A stretch of DNA of 61,079 nucleotides, counting the filler, from Catajapyx aquilonaris (lineage: Eukaryota): assembly GCA_000934665.2 (NCBI GenBank). It is 3 parts of 3 records of this genome, joined end to end, with 100 filler letters (N's around TTAATTAATTAA, not from the genome) between each part and the next. Parts side by side here need not be neighbours in the genome. Positions count along the whole stretch, not along the records: positions 1 to 20,154 come from JYFJ02006325.1; positions 20,255 to 40,408 come from KZ539514.1; 1 more part is not named here. The stretch is one strand, 5' to 3'. The notes beneath the pieces were generated by a model. That model made no database searches and was not told where the DNA came from. It saw only the letters and a list, made by a program, of their open reading frames with translations. This document shows, one piece after another, positions 11,265 through 24,385 of this stretch; position 1 is the stretch's first letter; the number at the start of each line of letters is the position of its first letter. A program made the position numbers and the translations under genes.

Positions 11265-13487
11265 CTTTGGTTGAGCAGGGGTCCGACGTTCGAATATTTT
11301 TGTACGAGATTCAATGACCATTTCTGGCTTGCCGTCGGTACATTCGCGAAGTAATTCGGATTATAAACAGCTACTTTCAGTAAATCATAACATACAGTGG
11401 TGCCTCGTACTTCGAACATAATTCGTTCCACGAGGACATTCACTCTCTGAATTGTTCGAAGTCCGAATCAATTTTCCCCATACGATGTATAATGACTGAA
11501 TTCATCCGTTTCCAAACCCTGTTAGCAGTGGTTCCCAACCGATAAAATTTATTGCGAAAATTATTTTGAAAGGAGAGTCATCATCCACTATAAATTCTTA
11601 TATAAGCTAACTAAAGACATCAAAAATTGTATTTACTTGTACAGCTTTAATACCTGATACAATGAAATAATCTTGGTTCTTGGCTTTTTCATGCGTTATA
11701 ATTACCCGCGGTCTGGGACAAACATCTGCTTGTATTCACATCATTTTCACATCTGGAGCGATATGCGACAAGTAATCATGTTCAAAATTTTAAAAACGGT
11801 ACTGCCGTATAAACATGTCTGTGGGAAAATAAGTGTGGCGAAAACGGACCGGTAGTATAGTAATAATCGAGAACTGCCTGCCCTTGCAATGTTTTCACAC
11901 AGAAAGTGACCCGAAAGAGGTCATCCGCAATCTGTTAGGTCAGCTAGCAGACACCAGGGCATACTCTTGGTAATACTGGCAACGGAATGACGTCCATTGT
12001 CTCGTAAAAGCCGATTAATCAGAGATTATAACCCAGCTCTTGCATTCCTATCCTTCGGATCGAGAGCCGAAACGAAAGTCTTCAATTCCGTCAATTGGCA
12101 CATCAGATATCATTTTGCTTTTTAACCATCAGCATTGCGGGGACGCAACGGTCACAAAATATCTAAGGACCGCCGGTATATTTCATTTCAATTTTTGCAA
12201 CAATGGCTGACCGCACCCAATTTTTAGAGTTTGCGTACTCTTCTCTAATAAATCATTACAGATGTCGCAAAAATCTCCGAAGAAATGATGGCATGTGCAG
12301 CATCGGATTTATCATTAGGCACAATGCGCAATTGCCTAAGGGCGCGGCCGGAAGTTGCAATGAATAATTTATAAATAAAATAACATGAAATAAAGGCGAG
12401 AACACAACAACAAATTTTGAATTACTATCCCTTTATTTAATATAAAGCCCTGTGTTTGACTCTAACAAACATCTCCCAGGCAAATTATCCAAAAAAAAAC
12501 AATGGTATATGTATTGTTAGAAAGCTATTGTTTAAATCCACGGTACATATATGCGAGTTATTTTCCTATCGTCAGTCTCTAATTTTTTGTCGTAAAAAGA
12601 AGGCGGGAAAGTGTCATATTTTGACTAGTTGCCGACGTTACCTACACTGCAAAGTGAATTGTTAATGACACTTTCAGGAGGACAAAAAAATGCGCCTGTG
12701 AACCCTGGATAGTGCACATCTTTGTCTATTTAACGATATATTTGAAACATTGAGATCGCTATTTCTGTAATCATAATTAAGTTAACCCTTAACTGGCATC
12801 TTCATTTAGCCATGCTTAACTGGAAAGGACCCCACGTCGTTTTTTCGATTGCAAACATACATTAACAATAAAAAATCAAAATATAAATGCTTCCTAAATT
12901 CGGCCAGGACTATAAGTGGCAGATATTTAAAAAAATATCCTCCTTTGACCCTTGGTTGACTGATGAGGCGGTGTTTACTGTTTACCCGCATCTCACGTTA
13001 GTGAGCCAGCAGCTGTAATGGTAGTCTCCTTACAATACTATACATGGATATTTTTTTTTTACACCTCTGCGATTTTTTATGCTTGCTACATCATGAATTT
13101 GCCGACATGTCTATTTAGGGTCGGAAAAAACTGGTCGCTAACTGGTAACGTGGACCCCAAGACGACTAGTGAGCGTTTAAATGACGTTAACTCCCTTTAG
13201 AAATTTTTTTCGTCGCTCATAATTTTTTTTCAGGTGCGAAAGAGTATATTTCAGGAATATAGGTGTGGGAATTTTCATTTTGACAAAAACCTGCTTCAAG
13301 GTGGTGACATAAGTATACCCTGGGGTCCAAAAAGGACCCCACGATACCAATTAAGGGTTAATTGCACACCTCTGTTATCTCGGCTGTTTATAATCCGAAT
13401 TACTTCGCGAATGTATCGACGGCAAGCCAGAAATGGTCATTGAATCTCGTACAAAAATATTCGAACGTCGGACCCCTGCTCAGCCAA
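11265..13487. mobile_element. Inverted-repeat (foldback-type) element arms enclosing younger insertions
   Basis: About 11265-11372 is the reverse complement of about 13382-13487 ('gagcaggggtccgacgttcgaatatttttgtacgagattcaatgacc'). A Tigger-like left end 'ta|cagtggtgcctcg' sits at about 11395 inside the arms. Confidence 0.65.
12786..13357. mobile_element. piggyBac-like MITE
   Basis: TTAA on both sides; TIRs 'cccttaactggcatc' and 'gataccaattaaggg' match at 13 of 15 positions. Confidence 0.75.
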
Positions 13488-14258
13488 GAATGGAATGGAA
13501 TGGAAGAATGGAGAATGACTTACCATCACATCCGAAAGTGACCTTACGTGATATAATATTACACGCCGTTTTGTAGACCATTTTGTATGTTAATAAGACA
13601 GTATGCATTTCTGTCCCCACAAACCGGTTTTTCACTATTGGGCATAACGTTAATGTTTGGCCAAAGTGTTAAATGTTCCATTGAGCTATGAAAATGATTT
13701 TTCGCCAAAATTATAATTATAGACCGGGTGTAAAATCATATTCAGTTCCGTAGAATGGGGTGAAATTGGCCCCATCTCCAAAAATGTCACGAATTAAGGT
13801 AACTCACGACACGAGAATGAAAATTCTGTCAATCATGTCATGCTATCATAGCTGAAGAATGGATATGTGTTATCAGCAGAGAAGCAAGTATTATCTTGGC
13901 TAACATAAACCTCTTGCAGTCGACATGTAATCACAGTTTTATCTGTACTAAAATTACCTTAACTAACTGTAACACTATTATGACTTTTTGTGTATTTTAT
14001 GAGCAAATCAGTTTGAGGCCTCTTGGTATGCCTATACACTTTGTCAACTTGGGCTGCGTTAATCTTTAATTACAGTTGCAGCCATGATATCAATGGAATG
14101 CACCAGTCATGCTATTGTGCCCAGTTTAAAAATAACATGAGAATCAGCCAAGCACTTGAGTGCCAGGGAGAAGATTAAGAGACCGTCATAAGCTTGTGTC
14201 GGGTGGACTCAACGAGACTGCTGTGTTATTTCATCTTGCTACATTTTGGTTTGTTACA

Positions 14259-15275
14259 ATGAAGGTCTTGATCACCTTTCTCTTTCCATTTGCTGTGATG
14301 GCCAGTATGCCTGGAGGATACGAAGTTGGAGACAAACGGGACGACAGGCTGTGGAAAGCACTTGACTTCGCATTTGGCCAGTTGGGATTTGGATCAACCT
14401 ACAAAGTCGTTGAGACTCATCAGCAGGTGAGTGGTTGTCAGTATGGACTGAAAATTACTTACTGACACGCTTCTTTTCAGATTGTCGATGGGATTAATTA
14501 CCATGTGGCCATGAGAGACAAGAATGGTGTTAATTGCGAGATGTACATTCATCGAAGCCTGGAAGGATCACACAGCTTGACTAAATCTACCTGCCCAAAA
14601 AACAGGCTGTTTAGAAGAAGCCATCAATGGAAGCTGATCGGTGGCTTTTCTGAAACTGATGTGAATGATGAGCATGTGCAGAAAGTGGTGAAATTCGCAA
14701 CCGATAAGCTACGTGGTGGTGACACTCCGTCTCTGACTGTAACGCGAGTGGTCAAGGCTGAAACGCAGGTAATGTTCCTTATCACCTTAAGCATTAATGG
14801 TTGCCACTTACTTGTTAGTATGTTAGGATGTCAAGCTTGGTTTACATCGGCTTCATTTTCTTTGTGTTGTTATGGTTGAAGTCGTCCAATCTACAGCAGG
14901 CAACATAACTACAACAGACATGGTTTTCATGGAGTGTATCCCAACCACAATGATAAATGCAAAATGACTTATATGGTGTCCCACATTTTACAATGACGTA
15001 GTGTGATTTGGGTTCTACGCTCATCAATGACATGCATTGTTGAATAAGTTGTGGCAGAAACTGTGGGTGACTGGGCCATGCTATTAATTATTTTTAATGC
15101 AGCAGGTTGATTATCTTACTTTGTAATTACATCATTGTTACTGCAGATCGTAGCTGGTGTGAACTATCAAATCACATTTGAAGCAACGAACGAAGGAAAA
15201 ACTATGCTGTGCTCAGTGCGAGTCTGGAGAACATTGAAGGACGAATATGAATTGACTTCCGGAAGCTGCCAGTAA
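14259..15275 (+). CDS. Secreted two-domain cystatin
   Basis: Exons 14259-14426, 14481-14768, 15147-15275. Hydrophobic leader MKVLITFLFPFAVMA; N-terminal 'PGG' and 'IGG'; canonical QxVxG loops across the introns (QQ|IVDG, TQ|IVAG); one C-terminal Cys pair per domain; linker 'RLFRRS'; AATAAA at about 15367. Confidence 0.9.
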
Positions 15276-15789
15276 AATGATCGCAGCAACAAAACTGCCC
15301 AGACAAGTCAAAAACTGAAACCAAAATCCAACATGGAACTGTGACTGTAAAATTCAGATTGATATTAATAAAACCATCCAGTAGTGTATATGAATAATAT
15401 TGATTCCTGTAGGAGTGTAGGCTATAAGGCATGAAGGCATGGCCATGTTATTTTGCGCACTTCTCACACCCTTGAGTGACACATTTTCCATCACTACACT
15501 GTTATATGCTCAGATGTTATTTCCAGTCGATACCAACAAAGATAACAATACAGACAATCATTGTTGACTTATATAAAATATTCCTACAATATTATTATTG
15601 AAGATACACAGACACAATTAACATTTAGTCCATGCATGATGTACCGCATTTTTCAAGTCATTTTTCTCGTTGCTAAAAATATCAGAATAACCATATTTTT
15701 TATTTTTTATTTTACCCCGTGATAGGCCTCCATAGGCCCTTTTGTGGGGTGGCACACCACCATCCATTTTCTGATTTATTAACTTCAAT

Positions 15790-16035
15790 CTCCGGTGCAA
15801 GGAATCAAGGACATAGGTAAGGATAGGGATTTTCGGGGAGGGGACACTTGTGCAAGTGCAATGTCCAACGCTGGGCTATGTGCAGTCCCCCAGGAGGTTA
15901 TAGGTTGCCAGACACCTCCAAGGTGCATGTCAGGGACTCTCCCGACGAAGGTGGAAGGGAACTCCCAGGCGGGGATCGAACCTGGAACCTTCCACTCAGC
16001 AAGTCGAGACGTTACCATCTCTGCCACCACACCTC
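15790..16035 (-). mobile_element. tRNA-derived SINE
   Basis: The minus strand reads 'GTGGCAGAGATGG' (A-box-like), then 'GGTTCGATCCCC' (B box), then a non-tRNA body. Confidence 0.6.
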
Positions 16036-16394
16036 CCCAAAAATATCTGAATAACCATATGACAACAATAGTGGCAGAAACGCTAGTTATTGAAGCACTA
16101 GGAATGGTCCACTCTAGTCCAGTCAGGTTTATATTTGGCAGTTGGCACAAAATATTTTCTTCAAACGTTTTACAGAGAAAATCGGTGTAATTTTTAAGGG
16201 CAAAAAGTGACGTCATCCCAACCAGGAACCCCCCCCCCACAATGATGACGTAAAATGTGTATGGCCCCTTATACCGCAGTCACTTTCTGCAACTGTAATG
16301 GCCAGAAGGACTGTAATAAAAAAACATGTCATTCTCACTGCACTTTTTGATTCATTATAATTATGTAGGCCTACAGTGGTGGCCATAATATTAT

Positions 16395-18080
16395 ATTACA
16401 AGTGGGGGCATGAAATGTCCTCTGTCAGATTTACATGAAACATGCACAGTATAGGTGTTTCACAGGCCTACAATTTCACTGGTAGGCCTATGGGTCACTT
16501 TCCGCTACGACCAGCCGGTTTCGATCCATGAGGGACAATAGATCCACATGGGTGCGTTCAGGAGAGTAAGGTAATAAGCATGATCTTATAATACTCAGGT
16601 CTGGTCACTCCCACCTACCCCCTGCTGGGGCGTTTTGCAGGAGGTGCTCACCTGAGAGCGCCATGAGACATTTCAGAGCACTAGTATGTGGCGACCCTAC
16701 CGGACTACGCTGAACTCTATAGGTACAAAAGGGAAGGGCTACATTGGGGGACCCAACATGGTCGCCGGCGTCCATGTTGGGCCCGCATGTAGCGCTTCCC
16801 TTTCGTACCTATAAAGTTCAGCGTAGTCCGGTAGGGTCGCCACATACCAGTGCTCTGAAATGTCTCATGGCGCTCTCAGGTGAGCACCTCCTGCAAAACG
16901 CCTGGGCAGGCGATAAGATCAGAAGGTAGTAAGAGTGTCCGGGGGCTGGTAGGCCTAATAAGGGAACGGGAAGAGCTAGGAAAGCGGGCTGTTCAGTTTC
17001 CAGGGGCACCCAGCTAGTAAACAACAAGGTAACCAACAGTTCAGTGCTCCAGGGAGGGTTCGAAGCACGTTAGAATAATCTTCAGTTGTTGTTCCCTCGG
17101 CAAGCTGCTTTGCAAGTGATGAGGCCTGGTTTAATATTATTTTGGACTTAATTTCTGTCGATCGTTTATTTGTGTATCACAATGGAGAGCCCCGACCCTT
17201 TCAAAAGGGTCCGTTTCAAAAATACTGCTTCAGTTCTGACTAATCTTCTGATGGAGCAATACAAAATGTATTTCCCGAAAGATTTCCGAGGAAAATAAGC
17301 CAACAAGTGCGACAGAACAATAACTGATCGGAAAAAAGTGTTCGACTTGGTGCTGGTTTCCGAAACCGCTGGTTTTAGCTGGCTTCTCTCGAATTCGGGA
17401 AGGTTTCGAGTGGTTTCTTGGTGACAGTTTTGGATGATGTCTGGGCGAAAGTGTACACCAGTTTCTCGAAGCGGTTACCTCATGGTCATAGAAAGTAAGG
17501 TCTGGACACTCCCACTTATCGCCTGCCGGGGCGTTTTGCATGAGGTGAGCACCTCATGCAAAACGCTCCGGCAGGCGATAAGATAATATTGTAGGGGTGG
17601 TGTCCGGGGTCTGAGCTTCCCCCTCTGTTTTGTTCCTGATTTGCGTCGAAAGTTGTGGGTATTGCGTCACGTCGATAAGAGGCGTGCAACACAGGTCCCG
17701 TAAATGAAGGGAACCGTGCGTTGGCATTGTGGGTAGGCCTACAGGGTAAAGGTAATGGGGACGGAAAAAAGGAAACATAAAAAATTGATCCTGAAGATGA
17801 TTCGAACCCTCCCTGAAGCATTGCGCTGTTGGTTACGATTGTTTTTTACTAGCTGGAAGCCCCTGGAAACTGAACCAGCCAGCCTAGCACTTCCCGTTCC
17901 CTTACCTTACTCTCCTGACCGCACCCATGTGGATCTATTGTCCCTCATAGATAGAAAACGGCTGGTCGTCGCAGTAAATGGCCCATATACCAGTGAAATA
18001 ATTGTAGGCCTGTGATACACCTATACTGTACAAGTTTCATGCAAATCTGAAGGAGCCCACTTCATGTCCCCCCCTTGTCA
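16395..18080. mobile_element. Large foldback element with an internal near-perfect palindrome
   Basis: About 16395-16572 is inverted relative to about 17900-18080, and about 16960-17085 relative to about 17785-17900. An internal palindrome spans about 16630-16903, centred near 16765. Confidence 0.7.
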
Positions 18081-18460
18081 GTATATCGACAGTTAAAAAC
18101 ATACTTCTCCGTATTAGAATGATCACACAAATTCCACTTGCACTTATCTCAGTGCTCATACGATATGTTACGACTGACGTCTGTTTTATGACTGCAATGC
18201 GTCAAAGACGAACAACTTGGTTATTTTCCCTTGCATTGTCTTCCCTACTACAGTGTGTAATAAAATTGCTATTTGACTTTGTTCTCCTATGGGCACGATT
18301 GGCCAGAGAGAACTTGCTTGCTTAGGGTGCGAGTAGCTCCAGAGTACACCATATAGGTAAGGATTAATTATTTTTTTTCTTCGGATTTTGGACACGTAAT
18401 TTTAGTCAACCGTGTTATTGTTGTGTGCGGGTCAAAGGTCGACAACAAACGGTGGAGAAG

Positions 18461-18895
18461 ATGGGACAGCTCACCGTTGTCATCCTATCGCTACTCGTCG
18501 CCTACGTCTTAGGACTGGGACATCTCTCCGGATACTCGCAGGCTAGCACCATGGACCCAAAAACTAAAGAGGCCATCATATACGCCTCCAAACATCAGCC
18601 GAGGAAGAATCTCAGAGTTGACTATGTTGAGGAAATGGTAAGAAAGTTTCACTTGTGAGAAAATCCAAAGAAGTTGTTGGAGTGAACAGTGTGTTCATCA
18701 AGGGTTTTTACGATCTCCAGTCTATAGTATAAAGCTATGTAAATAATGTTATGTCTCATGCAGGAAATCCCTCTTGGAGGAAACAACTATCACATAACAT
18801 TTGTGGATGCCAGCGGAGGAGCAGGTCGTTGCGGGATGATCATCCACAGAGATGCTGAGGGTGGGGTCAACCGGGTGTCATCCAGCTGTGGATAA
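18461..18895 (+). CDS. Secreted single-domain divergent cystatin-like protein (102 aa)
   Basis: Exons 18461-18637 and 18764-18895 (TAA). Signal-like leader MGQLTVVILSLLVAYVLG; 'EIPLGGNNYHITF...C.MIIHR...SSSCG' aligns by eye with the neighbouring cystatin. The phase-0 intron is at about the same loop position; QxVxG is not conserved. Confidence 0.75.
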
Positions 18896-20154
18896 GAGGC
18901 GGATGCTGACCCCCCCGATGGAAATGAAACTCATGATTGTACTGTACTGTAGTATAGTTAAATAATAATAATTGTCGTGAAACGATAAGGACGGAAGAGT
19001 GAGGGATTGATAAATCAGATAGTGTGGATCTCAGTGAGATTGCTTGAAAATATATTTTTTTTTATATATTTGTACAAATTATTGCTTCAGAGTTCAGAGG
19101 GCTTGGAATTATGCGATTGTGCATTATATATCATCAAATTAATTAGTCAGAACTTGACTACTGTTCCCTCATAAAAAAGTGGTTATTCAGCAGTGACCAT
19201 CATAAAACCCAAACCATGGTAAGATATAAATATGCTTAAAAGCATGAGACACCTAAATAAACGACAGTATGAATGATAACTAAAACCAGACAAATCCCAA
19301 ATAAAGTAACTGTAAACTAATGTCAGTTTTCGCATGTAAGTTATTTTAAGCTTTCTAAATTGAATTCAGAATTTTTGAAAAATCGTATAGGCTGCACGTA
19401 TTGTTTCCAAATAATAATGGCAATAATATTGATAAAATGGAGAGTAAGTGAGCCTACATTTTGCAAACCCATGTAAAAAAATCGTCCTTATTTTTAAATG
19501 AATTTTTATGTTTTTTGTTTGAAGAAATACACATTAGTTTTCGAGCTATGATCGATCTAAAATCATAATAATTATACTGTATCGTATTGTCCTCTGACGT
19601 CACTGTTGTTGAACAGATCGGTGCAGAGGCAGGAATGCACCCGGGCTGCTTTGTTCCTTTGTTTGTTGCCTAACAACGGAATCGAACGACCGCTAGGCAA
19701 CGGTCTGGTGACGTCACTGTTGTTAGCTTGGTTAGGCAGGAGTGGGAATGCACCTTTTGGACCACGCCCCCCTTTTCCCCGCCAAATTCAGAGTGAATTT
19801 TAAACCCTCCGATAATTTATCCAGTAATGACATTTGGTGCCGTAAAGTGGTGGAATGCATGCGGTTGAGCTGTACAAATTACCCAAATCCCAGACCAAGG
19901 CTAGGACCACATTGATGAAACTTCCTATTCCGCATTGTGTTACTGTATTTATTTCTTAACATTTTTTTGCAACTAGGGTAATTATTTTAAAAGCCTACAC
20001 AGCACACAATATGTTTTGAGCGATCTATTCTTAAAAGATAGTTGTAGTTTCAATGTATATACAGGGTGTCTATTGTAACTCTGCAAAGACTTTCAGGGAT
20101 AATAGAGGGGACCAAGACAAGTATTTTTGACATAGGAACCCGGGTCCGGAAACG

Positions 20155-20254
20155 NNNNNNNNNNNNNNNNNNNNNNNNNNNNNNNNNNNNNNNNNNNNTT
20201 AATTAATTAANNNNNNNNNNNNNNNNNNNNNNNNNNNNNNNNNNNNNNNNNNNN
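20155..20254. other. Artificial contig junction (100-nt gap with all-frame stop linker)
   Basis: N44-TTAATTAATTAA-N44. Confidence 0.95.
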
Positions 20255-21399
20255 GCAAGACAGATTGTAGTACTGCAAGGTGCTCATGCCGAAGACATGG
20301 TTTGGAGTGTTCATCAGCATGCAGTGAATGTCACAGTGTCCTCTGCACAAATTCCAACATAGATGTATATGACGACGATGAGGAGGAGGAGGAAGAGTGA
20401 TGGTGTTGCAAATCACTAAGAACATACAATATTACTCCTTATAGGGTTTAAAGTATGTTGGTTTTTATACAGGGTTTGCAGTAATTTAAATCCTCGCTCT
20501 TTTATACGAATTTGACACATTATAATCTGAACCTAGCACCTATATAAATTATCATTAATATTCATGGCTAACCTGCCTTTTCATATGTAAAATTTTTGAA
20601 ATGAATGGAACGAACCATAAACAAAATCAAATGAAGTGTTTATGTTTCAAATAAAAACCCACAAACATATGGAATGCCTTTCTCAAGCATTTACTTGGAA
20701 AACAGTTGTTTAAACGGCTGATATTTCCAGCTATCAACATTCCTGATTCAACAACCTTTCATTTGACATATATTTTAAGTAAATCGGAGCCATAGAACGT
20801 AAGTTACGCGCAGTTTACTGATTTCAGCCGTAAATCCAAGATGGCGGCCAAGATGGCGGATTTCCCATGCTTAGATTTTCGGAGACTTTTCATGTGATGC
20901 TTGCGATAGTTTTCTGTGTCGAAGAAACCTTACTGGAAGGAAATCGGAGCCATATAGCGTCAGTTATGTGCATTTTACTGATGTCACAGTCAATCCAACA
21001 TGGCGGCCAAAATGGCGGCTTTCCCATGCTCCGATTTGCGCCGATTTTTGATATGTTGTTCAGAATAGTTTTCTGAGTCTAAAAAGCCTTACTTTGTTTC
21101 TGTTACAATTTGTTCGATGTTTGGCCCTTTTTTCCCCTAAAATGACTGGCCTATATCTGAGTGATTTAAGTTTTGAAATACTAAGGAAGGTCTAAAGTTT
21201 TGGTTAGTTTGTTTCGATATGTGCTTCATTTGTTGCTTAGCAGATAAAAAAAGCGGTATATGGTTTAGAGCCCAACCGGCTTAATGACATTTGCAGTTAC
21301 CGTTGCAATCCTATCCTGTAAGTGCTGGATATCTCTGATATTTACACCACAGACATTGTTCTTGATGATTCAAATAAAAAATTCACCTCATCCATGAAA

Positions 21400-21805
21400 T
21401 AAACCTGCCATAGAAAAAATTCCAAGTTTGTTCAGCCTCCCAGTGCAGTGTGAGAAGTCTTCAATGAGGAGTTTACCAATGCCTAGCCCCTCCAGAAGCC
21501 CAGATTTTACCCCAATGGACTATTTTGTGGAGATGCGTGTATGGTGAACAGATTCGGCATTTCCAGCACCTACGGGAAAAGATTTCAAAGGTAACGATAG
21601 ACATGTCTGAGCGGGTTAGGCATGGCACCGATTATCTTATTTACATTTTTTGAGCGACAAATGGAGCTCATATTGATACAAACTATGGTAAGACCAAAAC
21701 TTTGGACATTTCTTAACATTTCAAACCTTAAATCATTTAGATATGTCTACAAGTTTTCGAGTTGTAGGGTTTGAAAAATGGGACATTCTTTTGCGATGAC
21801 CCTGT
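21400..21805 (+). mobile_element. Degenerate Tc1/mariner-family remnant
   Basis: About 21490-21530 encodes 'SRSPDFTPMDYF', similar to the WPPRSPDLTPxDF transposase motif, and the remnant ends in 'gaccctg|ta'. A similar 'ta|cagggtg' terminus occurs at about 20060 and 40148. Left boundary uncertain. Confidence 0.5.
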
Positions 21806-21807
21806 AT

Positions 21808-22715
21808 CCTCCTGAGACCCGGCGTCCAGTATACTGGACATCTGGAAAAGTTTTTTTTGGCGCCAACTAGTGATGCCAACAGAACTGTAATCTGTTGGTA
21901 TCCCATGATTACAATCTGGCCTCAATAGCTGTAGCCACCTAGTGTCGAATATCTGACTTGGGCCGCGAAAATTAAATCACGGATGCCGCTGCTGAAGCTA
22001 GGCGCTCATGAAGCTAGGCGCTCATCTGATAAGTTTTATTTTTTTACTCATATTTAGAGTGAGATTTTTGCAATGCAGTGAATGTCCTGGGATTCGCAAG
22101 GAATGTGTATTAGGAAATACGAAAAAAAAGTGTCTGTGACAATCTTTGTTGCTGTAGAGAATTGGTAATTTTCTTTTCTTCCTGAGACCAAATGTCCATT
22201 TGAATGGACATCCTAAAAAAGTTTTTTTTAGCTGAATGGGCTGTGACTTTTCTTTAAGTGACGGTACCTATACACCCACAAGGAAGTGCGCTTTTCACTA
22301 CAGTTCAGTTTTAAAATCTAGAACAGCGAGGTACCATGCTATGAGGTCAGAAGGGAAGGAGCAAGGCCCACGCCTGGAGTGGTGGCCTTTCAAATAACTT
22401 CAAATTTATTTTTAATTGTCTTCTGAGAGGAATTGCTACCATGAATTCCACAAATGAATGTAAAAAACATTGTTTGGAGGTTAGAGCACTATGTGAGTGA
22501 TCAATTGAGTGGCATTTAACGTTTCGGTTTCAACATTTATCCGTTCTGCTTTTGTAGCATCAATTGAGTCCCAATGTTCTCATTGGTTGTTTGTCGTTAT
22601 TTATGTAAATATTTTAGAATTATAATTTTTTTCTCGTTTCTTATTGGGAAAATGTTCAGAAAATGCAATAGGAACTGACATTGCATTACTCAATTCTTCT
22701 CGGGTCTCAGGAGGG
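21808..22715. mobile_element. TIR non-autonomous element
   Basis: Inverted termini 'cctcctgagacccg' and 'cgggtctcaggagg'. Confidence 0.55.
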
Positions 22716-22726
22716 TATATTCATAC

Positions 22727-23292
22727 CATATTACCTCACTTAAAGCGGCATGCCGGTGTAGTCGAGGTTGACCAGTTTTTCGAAATGTATGGTCTGGTGG
22801 CTATACTGGCATGCCGGTCTAGGTGAGGTGTGCTGGTATAAGGCGAGGTTTTCACATACATCATCCTTTCTGAATTTGATTTTTTTTTTTGCCTGAAAAT
22901 TGAAATCTACGTAATGGCTACATCGAAAAGGCACATTTTCCGACCAGTGAACAATTGAGCAAAGCGAAGTACTGAAGGAGTTTGTATGAGTTAATCCTTC
23001 GTGATGAAGTAGGGGGTTCCCTTCTCAAAGCAGGTTGGTGATGGGATTGGTCACACTTTATGCACTTGGTGCAACAGAACTGTCATATATTCTCACAGGC
23101 CTGCATACGCCAATTTTTCACCATAACATTATTTTAGTATGGTACCAGACGAAAAAAAAAAAACAAAAACAAGGATCACAATGATGGAAATCTACCTCGG
23201 TTATTGCGGCATGCTGGCCATCCCCAGATTATACCGGCATGCTGGTCGACCTCGTTTTATTCCGGCATGCTACTTTAAGTGAGGTAACACTG
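22727..23292. mobile_element. MITE (TA-flanked)
   Basis: Inverted termini 'ttacctcacttaaagcggcatgccgg' and 'ccggcatgctactttaagtgaggtaa'. Confidence 0.6.
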
Positions 23293-23457
23293 TATATCGT
23301 CGGCATTAAGGAGAAAGGGCGAATAGACCGTTTTCTCAAAAATGCCGAAAGTGAATATTTTAAGTTGACATGGACCCACAGCAGGTTTTGGTGAATGGAC
23401 AAAATAATGTGTACGTGAAGCAGTGCGCATACAGAATGCTGTGATTTGTGAGGACTA

Positions 23458-24385
23458 CGAAGGCCAGTCAAAACAAATTGAGACTGATTTTATTTGTATT
23501 TAAAGATTGTTCATTAATCGCAGTGAATGACATAGTGTCCAGAATGGATTGAAGCATTAGATCACCATTTTTTTTTTCGAATATTCCAAGATCCCAAGCG
23601 ACAGTGACACCGGAAGTAGAATGAGGTTCATATTCACCTATGCTCTGCCGGAAGGTTGGCAGTGAGGACCAATATTCAGAAGTGAGGTTTTGCTTCAGTT
23701 TGAAGACAACAGTAACAGAGGCATATGACATGCTAGGAGAGGGGTATGGTGAAGAACTGTTCCACACCATTCCGATGGTACAAAATTAATCATTCAGCGA
23801 GGGTGGGTAATCTGTTTTCAAAGAGAGAGCGTTTTCAGAATCCCATTCGAGATCTTTAACACCACCTGTGCAGTGATTCTCCAGGAAGATCGCCGCATAA
23901 CCGTCGATGACCTTGCCAGAATGTGTGGTACATCCAGTGGTAGTGCCCACACGATTTTTGCATTGACCATAATTTTATTCTCATGAGAAGCATTTGTGTC
24001 CTGCGATGGGACCCCAGGCTGTTGGCACCAGATGAGAGGCAGGTATGGGTGGAGGTTTGCGAATAGTTGCAACGTCTTGTGGCCGAATATGGGGACCGGT
24101 GTCTGCTACTCATAATCTTAGCATGTCGTACACCTCCCTGGCTGTTTTTTCAAATGGAAACAAAACCTCGACACTGAAAATTGCCTCTTACCGTCAACCT
24201 CCTGACAGAGTGGAGGTGACTGTGAACCTAGGTCTACTTCCGGTGTCAGAATTGCCCGGAATCTTGAAATATTCTAACTAGAATTGGTGCAATCTATTCT
24301 GGACGTGATGCCATTCACAGCGAATCATGAACTAATTCTCTTATCACATAAAAAATCAGTCTCAATTTGTTTTGACTGGCCCTTG
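23458..24385 (+). mobile_element. Internally deleted mariner element nested in another TIR element (about 23300-24458)
   Basis: TA-flanked TIRs 'cgaaggccagtcaaaacaaattgagactgatttt' and its reverse complement. Decayed transposase N-terminus 'EAYDML...QEDRRITVDDLARMCGTSSGSAHTI' followed by a WVPR-like region. Outer TIR 'tcggcattaaggagaaagggcgaatagacc'. Confidence 0.8.
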
